Below are positions 34,775 through 43,800 of a stretch of 52,259 bases of DNA, in pieces. Numbering within the stretch: the first letter of the stretch is position 1; every line of letters begins with the position of its first letter. Below the pieces are notes generated by a model. It saw nothing but the letters and a program-made list of their open reading frames with translations. It was not told the origin of the DNA and did not search any database. A program made the position numbers and the translations under genes. Origin of the DNA: a virus (lineage: Duplodnaviria > Caudoviricetes); IMG/VR virus record IMGVR_UViG_3300024232_000016, positions 1 through 52,259 of that record. The stretch is one strand, 5' to 3'.

Positions 34775-35593
34775 ATGCGTAACAAACCGACCTGTGTAAC
34801 CCCCAACCAAGCGGCCAAGTGGCTTACCAAAAATAAGTCCAACCGGCCACTCAGCCAAGGCACTGTGAGCAGGTATGCAGCCGCTATGACGGCTGGGGAG
34901 TGGAAGGTCAACGGCGATGCCATCAGGTTTGACGAGCAGGATAACCTGATCGATGGCCAGCACCGGCTCCACGCCTGTGTCAAGTCAGGCAAGAAGTTCG
35001 ATACCTACATTGTGTTTGACTTGCCGGCTGAGGCCTTTGACACCATTGACCAAGGCAGGCCCCGAACGATGGGGGACGTGCTAGCTCGGCGTGGCGAAAA
35101 GCACTATGCCACACTGGCAGCGGCTGTTCGGTACTTTTGGATGTTGCAGAACAACATGAACCAAGTCGAGAAGCTGCGGCCTAGCATCATGGACCGTATC
35201 CTGGATGAACATGATGGCTTGCGGGAGGCGGTCCAGGTTGCTGTTGAGCTGTGCGGTGCCAACAACCGGCTGATCCCCCCGAGCTGGATTGCCGCCTTGT
35301 GGTACTGCTTCAACAAGATCAAGCCCAGCAAGAACAAGGAATTCTGGGAACGGTTGCTGGATGGCACTGGGCTGACCAAAGAGATGCCTGAGTACTGGTT
35401 GCGGCGGAAGATCATTGAAAGCCGCACCAGCACTGCCAAGCTGCCGTTTGAAACTGTGTTTGTGTTCATTATCAAGGCTTGGAATGCCTCCAGCCAGAAC
35501 AAGCCGCTCAAGTTTCTTAAGTGGATTGAGGGGGAGGAGTTCCCCAAAATTGTTGGGGCTGGTCCGGACCTGAAACTGGCCAAGACCGCCTAG
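34775..35593 (+). CDS. ParB/Srx-like (DGQHR) domain protein
   Basis: VTPNQAAKWL..N..NRPLS...YA..M..GEWKVNGDAI.FD...LIDGQHRL.A...TIDQGRPRT. Confidence 0.8.
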   Translation: MRNKPTCVTPNQAAKWLTKNKSNRPLSQGTVSRYAAAMTAGEWKVNGDAIRFDEQDNLIDGQHRLHACVKSGKKFDTYIVFDLPAEAFDTIDQGRPRTMGDVLARRGEKHYATLAAAVRYFWMLQNNMNQVEKLRPSIMDRILDEHDGLREAVQVAVELCGANNRLIPPSWIAALWYCFNKIKPSKNKEFWERLLDGTGLTKEMPEYWLRRKIIESRTSTAKLPFETVFVFIIKAWNASSQNKPLKFLKWIEGEEFPKIVGAGPDLKLAKTA

Positions 35594-35684
35594 CAGCTTC
35601 GAATCTCCGGTTCGCCGGCTGTAGTTGGCTCGTAGCTGGCTACAGCCGGTCACTGGTGGTTCCAAGCACATAAGGAGTAAGGCT

Positions 35685-35861
35685 ATGGCGTGGGTACACG
35701 CGACTTGGATTGGGTTGCTGGTGTTTTCCGCCTTGGTCAGTGTGGGCGTAATACTGTGGTACGAGCTGGTCAATGCCCCGCTTAGAAATGATTGGGACGA
35801 GGACGAGCTCAATGACGGTAGCCTTGATCACACCGGGTTTCCGCCTTGGAGTGACATGTAA
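35685..35861 (+). CDS. Small membrane protein
   Basis: TAAGGAG SD; one TM; acidic tail. Confidence 0.5.
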   Translation: MAWVHATWIGLLVFSALVSVGVILWYELVNAPLRNDWDEDELNDGSLDHTGFPPWSDM

Positions 35862-36205
35862 TGCCCAAACTAGGTAAACCAGAATTCCAGCCAGCTAGAA
35901 AGCTACAGCTAGGGCGTAGCCTGTACGAACGGCTGAAGACCGTGGCGGAATGCCAAGAGGCCTACAGCAAGGCCACACCCAAGGAGAAGGAACAGATCAA
36001 GGGGTTTGTGGAAGCAGTTACGCATGGCGTGTTTGGGCTTACCCATATCCACAACCTGGATACGGGTAAGCTGATGCTGACTGCTTGGGTAGTGCTGCCC
36101 GGCAAGGACATAGGGTTAAACGTCAACCAGATGCGTAGGGTGGTTGGCTTGGGTGGCATTAAAGGTGGTGACTACGCTATACCCGAACCCGTGGATTCTT
36201 ACTAA
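35861..36205 (+). CDS. Hypothetical protein
   Basis: TAATG coupling; 114 aa. Confidence 0.55.
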   Translation: MPKLGKPEFQPARKLQLGRSLYERLKTVAECQEAYSKATPKEKEQIKGFVEAVTHGVFGLTHIHNLDTGKLMLTAWVVLPGKDIGLNVNQMRRVVGLGGIKGGDYAIPEPVDSY

Positions 36206-36216
36206 GGAACACAGCC

Positions 36217-36585
36217 GTGGGTCTTGACCTAAAGGTAGCCCCGATCAAGTATGCCAAGAACGTAGCTAAGGACTGGTGGCTGGCTAGGGACGTGCTTAGC
36301 TTTGACCGGGACTACAGCCTGTTTGGGCAAATACAGCGGATAGGGAACAGCACCGTAGTCCTAAACCCAGTAGCTCTACCCGCTGGTGTTGAGTTCCAGT
36401 GGTATTCCGACGAGGGTATTAAGACCCTAACAACTGACGCCTACGGTACGCTTCTTACGTGGGTACCTACCCACGAGTTTGGCCGAGTGAACTTTAGGCA
36501 TAGCCATTCAATGTGGAACCAAGTAGTAGTGCAGTTCCTAACCAGTTTACCCAAAGAAATGCCCGTGGTCCTTTACTGGTGTTAG
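36217..36585 (+). CDS. Hypothetical phage protein
   Basis: MGLDL...TDAYG..LTW...VVLYWC; AAGGA SD. Confidence 0.6.
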   Translation: MGLDLKVAPIKYAKNVAKDWWLARDVLSFDRDYSLFGQIQRIGNSTVVLNPVALPAGVEFQWYSDEGIKTLTTDAYGTLLTWVPTHEFGRVNFRHSHSMWNQVVVQFLTSLPKEMPVVLYWC

Positions 36586-36596
36586 GAGTACTAACC

Positions 36597-36785
36597 ATGC
36601 CCGTCGTAGGCCAGCCCATTAAGCTCGTTGTTCGCTATGCCCTGTGGCACCGTAAGCCCGGCAGCAGCCCATTTACAGCCACCCACAAGGCCCAGCCCCT
36701 AGCCTTTGCCAGCCTAGCCGAAGCCCGGCAATGGGCTGGTAAGCATGGCTATGGGGGCATTACAGTAATGGGTACCACCCCATAA
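36597..36785 (+). CDS. Small hypothetical protein
   Basis: AGGAG SD before MPVVGQP. Confidence 0.45.
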   Translation: MPVVGQPIKLVVRYALWHRKPGSSPFTATHKAQPLAFASLAEARQWAGKHGYGGITVMGTTP

Positions 36786-36795
36786 GGTACGCACC

Positions 36796-37098
36796 ATGGA
36801 ACCCCTACCCCCTCCCATCCAGGCTGAGTTTGGTCCTATCGTTGGTGGCTACATACGCCGCAGCCAGCGTAAGCATGTTCGGCGGCTGCCCAAGTGGCTA
36901 AAGGATCTAGTCAGCATTGTGGGCGGGGGTATTACTGGGGGGAGCTTGGGTGTGATAATCATCTGGTGGGCTTTGCACATGGACCCCTTCAACCTAGGCC
37001 CAGTGGTTAGCCAGCATTACCCGGTGATTGTGCCGAAGGAATTTCGGGCACAGCCTGTGAAGGCGAGTATTGCTCACAAGTCCCACAGCAAGCAATAG
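36796..37098 (+). CDS. Small membrane protein
   Basis: TM IVGGGITGGSLGVIIIWW followed by DPF.LG. Confidence 0.5.
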   Translation: MEPLPPPIQAEFGPIVGGYIRRSQRKHVRRLPKWLKDLVSIVGGGITGGSLGVIIIWWALHMDPFNLGPVVSQHYPVIVPKEFRAQPVKASIAHKSHSKQ

Positions 37099-37300
37099 CT
37101 TCCAGTGGCTTGCTGATGGTGCATTCCTTGAACAAGGCACACTGAAACACCTTGATACGGGTGCCACCACAAGGCTCGCAGCCTATTTGCCGGGTTGGCT
37201 CACCCCTGTGTATGCAATCAGGTTTGATTGCCGGCTTAGGGGCTTGCTGAGCAATAGGCTCGCCAGACGTGGGGTCAACTAGAGTAGTGGTACGGTCCAT
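37007..37300 (-). CDS. Small Cys-rich protein at the end of the tail operon
   Basis: CIHRG...CEPCGG...FQCALFKECT...CCGTC. Confidence 0.6.
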   Translation of the reverse strand: MDRTTTLVDPTSGEPIAQQAPKPAIKPDCIHRGEPTRQIGCEPCGGTRIKVFQCALFKECTISKPLEAIACCGTCEQYSPSQAVPEIPSAQSPGNAG

Positions 37301-37971
37301 AGGTTCTTCAGGAATTGGGTGTTGACTGTGATATCGCAGCCGTCAGTAATCCAGTTAGAATCACCAGCCACTACGAACTCAGTATTGGTAGCTGGTTTGC
37401 TACGGGCAATCCAAGGGTGTGCCCCGGTGACCGTCTTGGACAAGGTTGTACCCCCGGAAACTTGGGAAGTCAACCCGTAGTACAGGTTTGGGGTTTGCCC
37501 GGCTGTTAGTGCATCTGGTTCTACCGTTCCAGGCTTACCACAGCCACCATCGATAAAATCCGGAACGATGGTAACGCCAGTTACGCCGCTGACACTATTC
37601 AGGTAGGTGTTGGTTCCAGGAAATCCACTGTGCTCTCCAAATACAGCCAGCCTACCCCGCCAAGTGTCTCCTGAAATTTGTGACCACCACGTAGGGTCGG
37701 TAAGTGCAAAAGGCCAAACTACCAAAGCATAGTCATTCAGGGTGCCTGTCCAACTGGTGTCGTAGTTAACGGTCAAGCCCATACCAGTGTAAATAGCTTC
37801 CGCTCCTAGCATGGTTACAGAGAACTCACTGTTGGCCAGCCAGAACAGCACTCGGCCGCTACAGCAACAGTCGGGGTCTATGGTAAGGCTGGGTGTGGGC
37901 GTGGCTTTTAGAATGAGCCTAGTGACCCCACCCGTTGTGCTGATTTGTAGTTCGTCAGCCATTACGGGCAT
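37279..37971 (-). CDS. Putative tail-associated protein
   Basis: 230 aa, Thr/Gly-rich, DCCC motif; follows the large tail protein. Confidence 0.5.
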   Translation of the reverse strand: MPVMADELQISTTGGVTRLILKATPTPSLTIDPDCCCSGRVLFWLANSEFSVTMLGAEAIYTGMGLTVNYDTSWTGTLNDYALVVWPFALTDPTWWSQISGDTWRGRLAVFGEHSGFPGTNTYLNSVSGVTGVTIVPDFIDGGCGKPGTVEPDALTAGQTPNLYYGLTSQVSGGTTLSKTVTGAHPWIARSKPATNTEFVVAGDSNWITDGCDITVNTQFLKNLWTVPLL

Positions 37972-40364
37972 TCCTTCAATGGAATCTTAGTGACGAACGT
38001 TGGGTTAGTGGCGTACTCCACAGCACAAGTGGCCTGCCGTACTTCTATGAATGTTTTAGCCACATTGATGCGAATGTCCATTAGCACCGCTTCGGCCTTC
38101 TTTTCTACATCAATGACTATGTAGGCCCCTAGGGTTTGGTGCCATAGCAGTTCTACCGTGTCCCCGTCCTTGCCCTTGTGCCCGTAGCTGTTGCGGCAAG
38201 TGACCGGCAATGGTGTGGGGGCTACGTTGAATGGGGCTGGGCTAGTGACTACGAAACCAGTAATGTCGGCTATGCCGTTGCTGTCCATGCCCGAGGACAT
38301 CTGAATAACAGCCGTGCCGTATAGAGCTCGCTGGGTTACAACTAGGCACTCGTAGCGGTTGGCCTTGTCGTTCCATATTGCCTTGCCCCTACTACCATCA
38401 ACCACGCCTGGATATAGCCGGTCAGCATCCCAAATGGTTATGTCCGTACCGCTGTCCACTGGGGCTGTATCACCTTGGTCAAAGCTGTTGGCTACCGTGG
38501 CGGCAAAGTTGTCGCTGCCCCCAGCCCGGTCAGTGCTGACTGTGAATTCCACAATCAAGGCCCGACGTTGCATGTACACGATGTCATACTTACCATCGCT
38601 ACGTTGGCTGGCCAAGCCTTGGGCACCTACAGGCCCAGACCACATTCCGTAGTTCGTGCTGTAGCTGTCCACCACGGTAATGGTTTGGCTGCCAGCCCCC
38701 ACGGTGTAGCTGCCACCACTTAGGATCATGGTTTGGGCTGTGGCTACATTGCCCGGACCCAAGCTAAGAGCACTGGTAAGCCTAAAGGGAGTCAGCCCTG
38801 TACCGCTGGCCGACTTACGCACCAAGTACAGCGGATACTGTAGGCCGCTGCTAGTGGCTACCCCGCTTAGCCGGGCTGGTCCGTAGTAGTCTAGCTGAAT
38901 GGCGGTTACGTTGCCGTGGTTGTTGTCGTAGTCATCTACAAACAATATCCAGCACGGGTCCAGGCTGACCATTGCCTTATCGACCCAGCGTTTGACTACA
39001 CCTTTGTGGAACCCATCCGTGTTGGCTGAAACTACAGCCCCAGCCGTTTCACCATCATGGTTGACCTGAACGATGTTGGGCAGCCGGGGATAGCTAGGGT
39101 AGGTGTGCCGGCTTAGGTCTAGCGGGCTGTACTGCTCGTGCTCGGGTGTGCCTAGCTCCTCGTCCATCCAGAACTGAACGTTGCCGTTGGTGGCTGGCTT
39201 GTAGCCGTAGATCAAATCGTTCTTGCAGATGTACTCGGTACAAGTGCCACCTAGCTGGTTTTCGTAGTCATCAAAGTTACGCCAGATGACAGCCCTGATC
39301 TGCCCACCCGGGATGAAGTCTGTCTTTAGGCCAATATGAATTCGGTGCTTGGTGGTTACAGCGTAGCGGGTTACGTACCTGTTCTTTCGGTTGGTGGTTC
39401 GGGTGTTGATTGCCGTTTGGTTTTCAATCGTACCGTCTTCACCCACCATGTAGGCCAAGTCGTCCCAGTAGGGGATTACCCCTTGGGCACCTGTGATGCC
39501 TGTGGTTTCTGTACGCCGGTAGTGGTTGTCGTTCAGGACCCAGTTGTTGTACAGCTCGGTATCACGTTCTTGACCGTAACCCCTACGAGTGCGGGCAAAG
39601 TAATAGGCCAGCGTGGCTGCCGTTTGGCTGACGTTGAGGGTGTAAGGCTCACCGCTCCACTTCAGGTCGCTGTTGCTGTCCAGTACCGTTTGGGTAGCCC
39701 CTAGCTGAACGATGGTGTACTGGTTGGTGGTAGGGTCGTGGCACAAGGCACAGTCCAAGTGGTCCAGCACCGTGTTCAGGCACTTGTAGGCGTTGTGCCC
39801 GACGAACCAATGCTGCTCTGGCTTACCGTCTATGGGCAGGGTGCCGGGCAGATTGGGGTACGTGCCTAGAAAGCTACACTTGTCCCACAGGCGTTGCAGC
39901 AGCTTGTCCCACGTGTCGTAGCTGTCTGTTCCAGTTAGGTAGTTAGAGCTGTTGGCATAGCTTCGCAGGTTGCTAAACGTAACATCGCTGTCGCTCTTGT
40001 TAGCTGCCAGCAAGCGGCTATCGGCAAACTCCACTAGAAACAGGGCGTTCGTATCGCCAACCCCACCACATAGCAGCCGCTCAGACTTGATCAGGTACAT
40101 ACCTGAGAAGGTGAGCACCGTGGGGCTTTGGCTGCTACCGTCGTCCAGGTTGGTTAGGGCTTGCCGCCAGACAATGGTGTGGGGGCTGTTAAGGTCCAGC
40201 TCGTCCATGACGGACTTAAGAATGACCAGCCACGCTTGAGTAGGAGCTGGTCCCAGTGGACAGAACACACTGTTGGCGTAGCCCGTAGCCTTGCTGCCTT
40301 TAGGAACGCTGATTTCTACCCGCTTACCGTCAACCGTAATTTCCGTAGAGAACCGGGTAGTCAT
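37962..40364 (-). CDS. Large tail/baseplate hub-like protein
   Basis: 800 aa; LFLVEFADSR hub-like N-terminus; repeated beta-rich C-terminal modules. Confidence 0.55.
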   Translation of the reverse strand: MTTRFSTEITVDGKRVEISVPKGSKATGYANSVFCPLGPAPTQAWLVILKSVMDELDLNSPHTIVWRQALTNLDDGSSQSPTVLTFSGMYLIKSERLLCGGVGDTNALFLVEFADSRLLAANKSDSDVTFSNLRSYANSSNYLTGTDSYDTWDKLLQRLWDKCSFLGTYPNLPGTLPIDGKPEQHWFVGHNAYKCLNTVLDHLDCALCHDPTTNQYTIVQLGATQTVLDSNSDLKWSGEPYTLNVSQTAATLAYYFARTRRGYGQERDTELYNNWVLNDNHYRRTETTGITGAQGVIPYWDDLAYMVGEDGTIENQTAINTRTTNRKNRYVTRYAVTTKHRIHIGLKTDFIPGGQIRAVIWRNFDDYENQLGGTCTEYICKNDLIYGYKPATNGNVQFWMDEELGTPEHEQYSPLDLSRHTYPSYPRLPNIVQVNHDGETAGAVVSANTDGFHKGVVKRWVDKAMVSLDPCWILFVDDYDNNHGNVTAIQLDYYGPARLSGVATSSGLQYPLYLVRKSASGTGLTPFRLTSALSLGPGNVATAQTMILSGGSYTVGAGSQTITVVDSYSTNYGMWSGPVGAQGLASQRSDGKYDIVYMQRRALIVEFTVSTDRAGGSDNFAATVANSFDQGDTAPVDSGTDITIWDADRLYPGVVDGSRGKAIWNDKANRYECLVVTQRALYGTAVIQMSSGMDSNGIADITGFVVTSPAPFNVAPTPLPVTCRNSYGHKGKDGDTVELLWHQTLGAYIVIDVEKKAEAVLMDIRINVAKTFIEVRQATCAVEYATNPTFVTKIPLKECP

Positions 40365-40393
40365 TAGCGTTCCTCATAAGTGCCGGCTAGAGC

Positions 40394-40600
40394 CTAGCCT
40401 TCAAATGCTTTGGCAAGGTTGGGTATCGGCTGGGTAGGCATTACAAGGCTGGGACGCTTTTCAACTGAAGAATGCCCAAAGGTCTTGTTGAGTACCATTT
40501 GCTTCGCTGACTCAAAGATGCCAATAGCCAGGAAGGCGTCCTCAGGTACACCTTGCATCTGAAAGCCTTCAGGCCCTACTTCAATCAAGATTCTGACCAT
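40394..40600 (-). CDS. Small hypothetical protein
   Basis: AAGGA SD; resembles the neighbouring small ORF. Confidence 0.5.
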   Translation of the reverse strand: MVRILIEVGPEGFQMQGVPEDAFLAIGIFESAKQMVLNKTFGHSSVEKRPSLVMPTQPIPNLAKAFEG

Positions 40601-40618
40601 AGCGGTGGTCCTTTGCTG

Positions 40619-40846
40619 CTAGTTGAGGTTGTCGTTGCTAACAAACAGGTCCGGGGTGGAGCTGGCCACAATTTTAAGGGCTTCCGTGAGCATGTCCATA
40701 CACAGCTCCTTCTGGTTCAAGGGGCCAGTGATATGGACTACGCCTGCCTCCTGTAGCTTGATGGTTAGCTCGGCAACTGGTTGGGCTGGGCTGCCCCTAG
40801 TAGCCCCAATGTGCCCGCCTTCGGCTTTCATCCTGTAGTGGTTCAT
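40619..40846 (-). CDS. Small hypothetical protein
   Basis: ATGA overlap with the portal stop codon. Confidence 0.5.
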   Translation of the reverse strand: MNHYRMKAEGGHIGATRGSPAQPVAELTIKLQEAGVVHITGPLNQKELCMDMLTEALKIVASSTPDLFVSNDNLN

Positions 40847-43800
40847 ACTAAGTCCCTCTTGAATGCTGGGTCTGGTTTGAATGGCGGGGGTTCTACATAC
40901 TCAGCTTGAACTGGAGCTGTTTCGTTGAGGTATTGGTAGAACGTCCCGCCTTTGATTTTGACAATGTCCTTGGCACGCTGTAGCCAGCTTATGGCTTCAA
41001 CCACTCCTTTCTTGGCAGCTTGCTCCACGGTTACAGGGTACCAATGGCAGCGGCAATTGCTAATGCCAATGCCATTGGCTATAATCCACCCACTGGTGTC
41101 GGTAAAGTCATACACAGGTCCATTGTAATGAAATCTCGTAAGTTTCTTAATTCTGCTGAAGTCAAACAAATTATTGGTCTTTACCTTGACGGCACGTCTG
41201 TAAAGGCTTTGGCTACAGCCTTCGGGGTTAGCCGTGGTAATGTTCATGCTCGTTTGGTTGAGAACGGCATTAGCCCAAGAACGCGGTCCGAATCTGAGTC
41301 CGCTAAATGGGCAGGACTGACTGCCAGCCAGCGTAGAGTCAAAGCCGCTGGGCAATGCAAAGCAGCTTGGGCTGCTGTTAGGGGCAGTAAGCGTTCCACA
41401 GCCAGCAAGTTGCTCGGAGCCAGAACTACGTTCGAACGGCAGTCCAAAATCCATGCTTGGGAAACTGAGATCGTAGCCATTCTCAGACCAGTCTTCTTGG
41501 ACCAAGTGGTTCAGCAGTTTCCTGTCGGCAGCTACAATCTGGACATAGCCATCAAATCGTTCAGCGTCGCCGTGGAAATTGTCAACGGGCACCAAAAGTC
41601 TGGCACAGCCGCTAAGCATTTGAAGCGAACGGAATACTTGGTCACACAAGGCTGGCGTGTTTTGTTTATCGAAACTTGGCGAAAAGAAAGCAGTGTAGTC
41701 AGAACCACTTGTCCGATTACTGGCCAGTTTGCTATGCCCACTCAGCTCGGGTTTAACTTCAAAGCAATACTCAATCACGTAGTCCGTATCAGTAAGCTCG
41801 CCAGCAGCAACCCATCCACGTTGGGTGGCTACGGGGTGATTGACCGTCAGGGAAAGGTCATTACCGGACTCGGTCGTTATCTTAACCGCCTGCCCTTTAT
41901 ATCTGGATTTGAATCCAGCCCAAAAGACGCCCTCTACAACAGTCTCGGGTAGAATACAGTTATAGCTCCAAGGCGGGCGGAACAGCTTAAACGTAGGATC
42001 GTCGGCCCGGTAGATGTTGGTACCGTTTAGCCCGTAGCTTTCTAGGTCCCAATGCTCGGGGCGTACCCGCTTGTCGGCTGTAGCCCCATAGCCAGCATAC
42101 GGAAAGGCATCGCTGACCATTGGGTCTTTTAGGGCAGCGTCTTGGGCGTTGCTGTAGGCGGCTAGGGTGTTGGTGCGGAACACGTTTTCTAAGTGGGCTG
42201 GGCTAAGGGGGCTACCTTCCTCCTCCAATCGCTTGGTAACTACAGCAATGAATTCCTTTTGCGGCAGCCCTTCAGCTAGGGCTTTGCTCAGCTGGGTACG
42301 TACATCGGCCACAGCCTTCTCGGTTAGGTCCCCGGTAATGGCGAAGCTGCCGTTTCTTACGTGCTGGGCTGTTTCCAGGTAGTGGGTGCCTACTTGCACT
42401 GGGCTGCGGTCCAGCACTTCCACGGCAACTTGTAGGGCAGGCAGGTGTACCGCAGCACTGGGCTGGGCAACTGCCGGCACTGGTAAGTTAGGGGGGCTGG
42501 TTAAGCCAGCTAATACCCCAGTAAACGCATCGGCAGCCTCGCTAGGGGCTTTGGGCAGCAAGGGCAATAGGCTACTAGGCAGCCTGCCGGCGACGTCTGC
42601 GTGGCCTGTGGCGTGGCTGGCTAGGGTGTCTGTGGTTAGGTCCAGCCCTAGCAGGGGCTGTAGCTGGGCAATTTGCCCGGCTATTAGCTGGCTAAGGCTA
42701 TCTAGGGTGGCTTCGGCTAGGTTGGGTAGCCGCCTTACGCTTTCGGCTAGGCCCTTTACCCGCTGTTGGGCTGCCAGCAAGCCCTTGCCAATCAGCCCCC
42801 GTAGCTTGCTTAGCAGGTCAGGCAGTTCAATGAACTGCTCATTCTGCTGAACCGAACCCATAAAAGGGATCGCATAAGCTTCACCTCCTTTGGTCGGTGC
42901 AGCTTCGTCAACCTGAGCCTGACCTGATAGTCGTATAGGTGTGTGGTTTCTTAGCTTGTTACTAAACACGAGCCGGTCAAACACAGCCACACGACCTTCA
43001 AGCATGTTCAGCCGTTTGGCATAGTACTCGCCTCTGCCGGGCTTTACGTAAGCAATAGTGATATGAGGTTTGTAGTCAGGGAATGTGCTGGTGTGTGGGA
43101 ACTTGGTTAGCTGCTCATGGAGCTCATGCAGCCCCTTGCTAAGTACATCAATTTTCAGTACGTCGTATTCACCTTCTTTGGTGAACATAGTGACAGGACC
43201 TAGCTGTATGGCGATTGGGGCATAGTTATGAACGATGTCTTCTAAGTCTTCCACCTTGTCTGTATGTAGTCCATACAGGGCTGTTACGTGGGGGTTGAGC
43301 TCCTTACCTTTTTCAGCTAAGTCATTGGGGTCAATTAGGTCACCTACCATACGCACTTCAAAAGCCAAGTCACCCGGTAGATTGAACTGGGTACTGCTGT
43401 AGTCGTGGGCTTTCTTCTGTTCTTTACCTTCTTTGTGTTGGCTGGCTTCTTTTACAGCCTCTTTAGCATCAGGCTCAACCTTAGCTAGTTTGCTGTAGTA
43501 GTTGGGGTCTTCTGTCAAGTGGTCAATGGCAATTTCCAAGGCCACTCTGTGGTCACTGGTATGCTCCAGCTCAACCTTGATGCCGGCTGCTAATTGGACC
43601 GGGTTGAACTTACTTAGGTCGTGCTCTTTGTCGCCTTTGCCACCCGGAATCAGGTCAGTACCCCGTTCACTGTGTTGGCTGGGTGGGACTTGCTGTGGTG
43701 GGGCTTGTTGGGGTGGACCCTGTTCACCCACTGGACCGCCAATGCTGCTACCGGCTAGACTGCTGCCGCTAATATCACCAGCAAAGCTCTCCACGAGGGA

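Larger units (their letters stand above)
41056..41958 (-). mobile_element. Intein (301 aa) inserted in the MuF N-CRC motif
   Basis: Block A CILPETVVEG, block B LTVNHPV (TxxH), GWVAAGEL, block F YNGPVYDF, block G IIANGIGISN followed by extein Cys. Removing it restores PPWSYN-CRCHW. Confidence 0.88.

Noticed and set aside
37279-40364. Diversity-generating retroelement target in tail genes
   Set aside because: No reverse transcriptase and no template/variable repeat pair seen in the window.
41020-41127. TTG start at 41020 for the antisense ORF, as given in the ORF track
   Set aside because: It lies upstream of the predicted promoter and outside the intein; ATG 41128 directly precedes the HTH.
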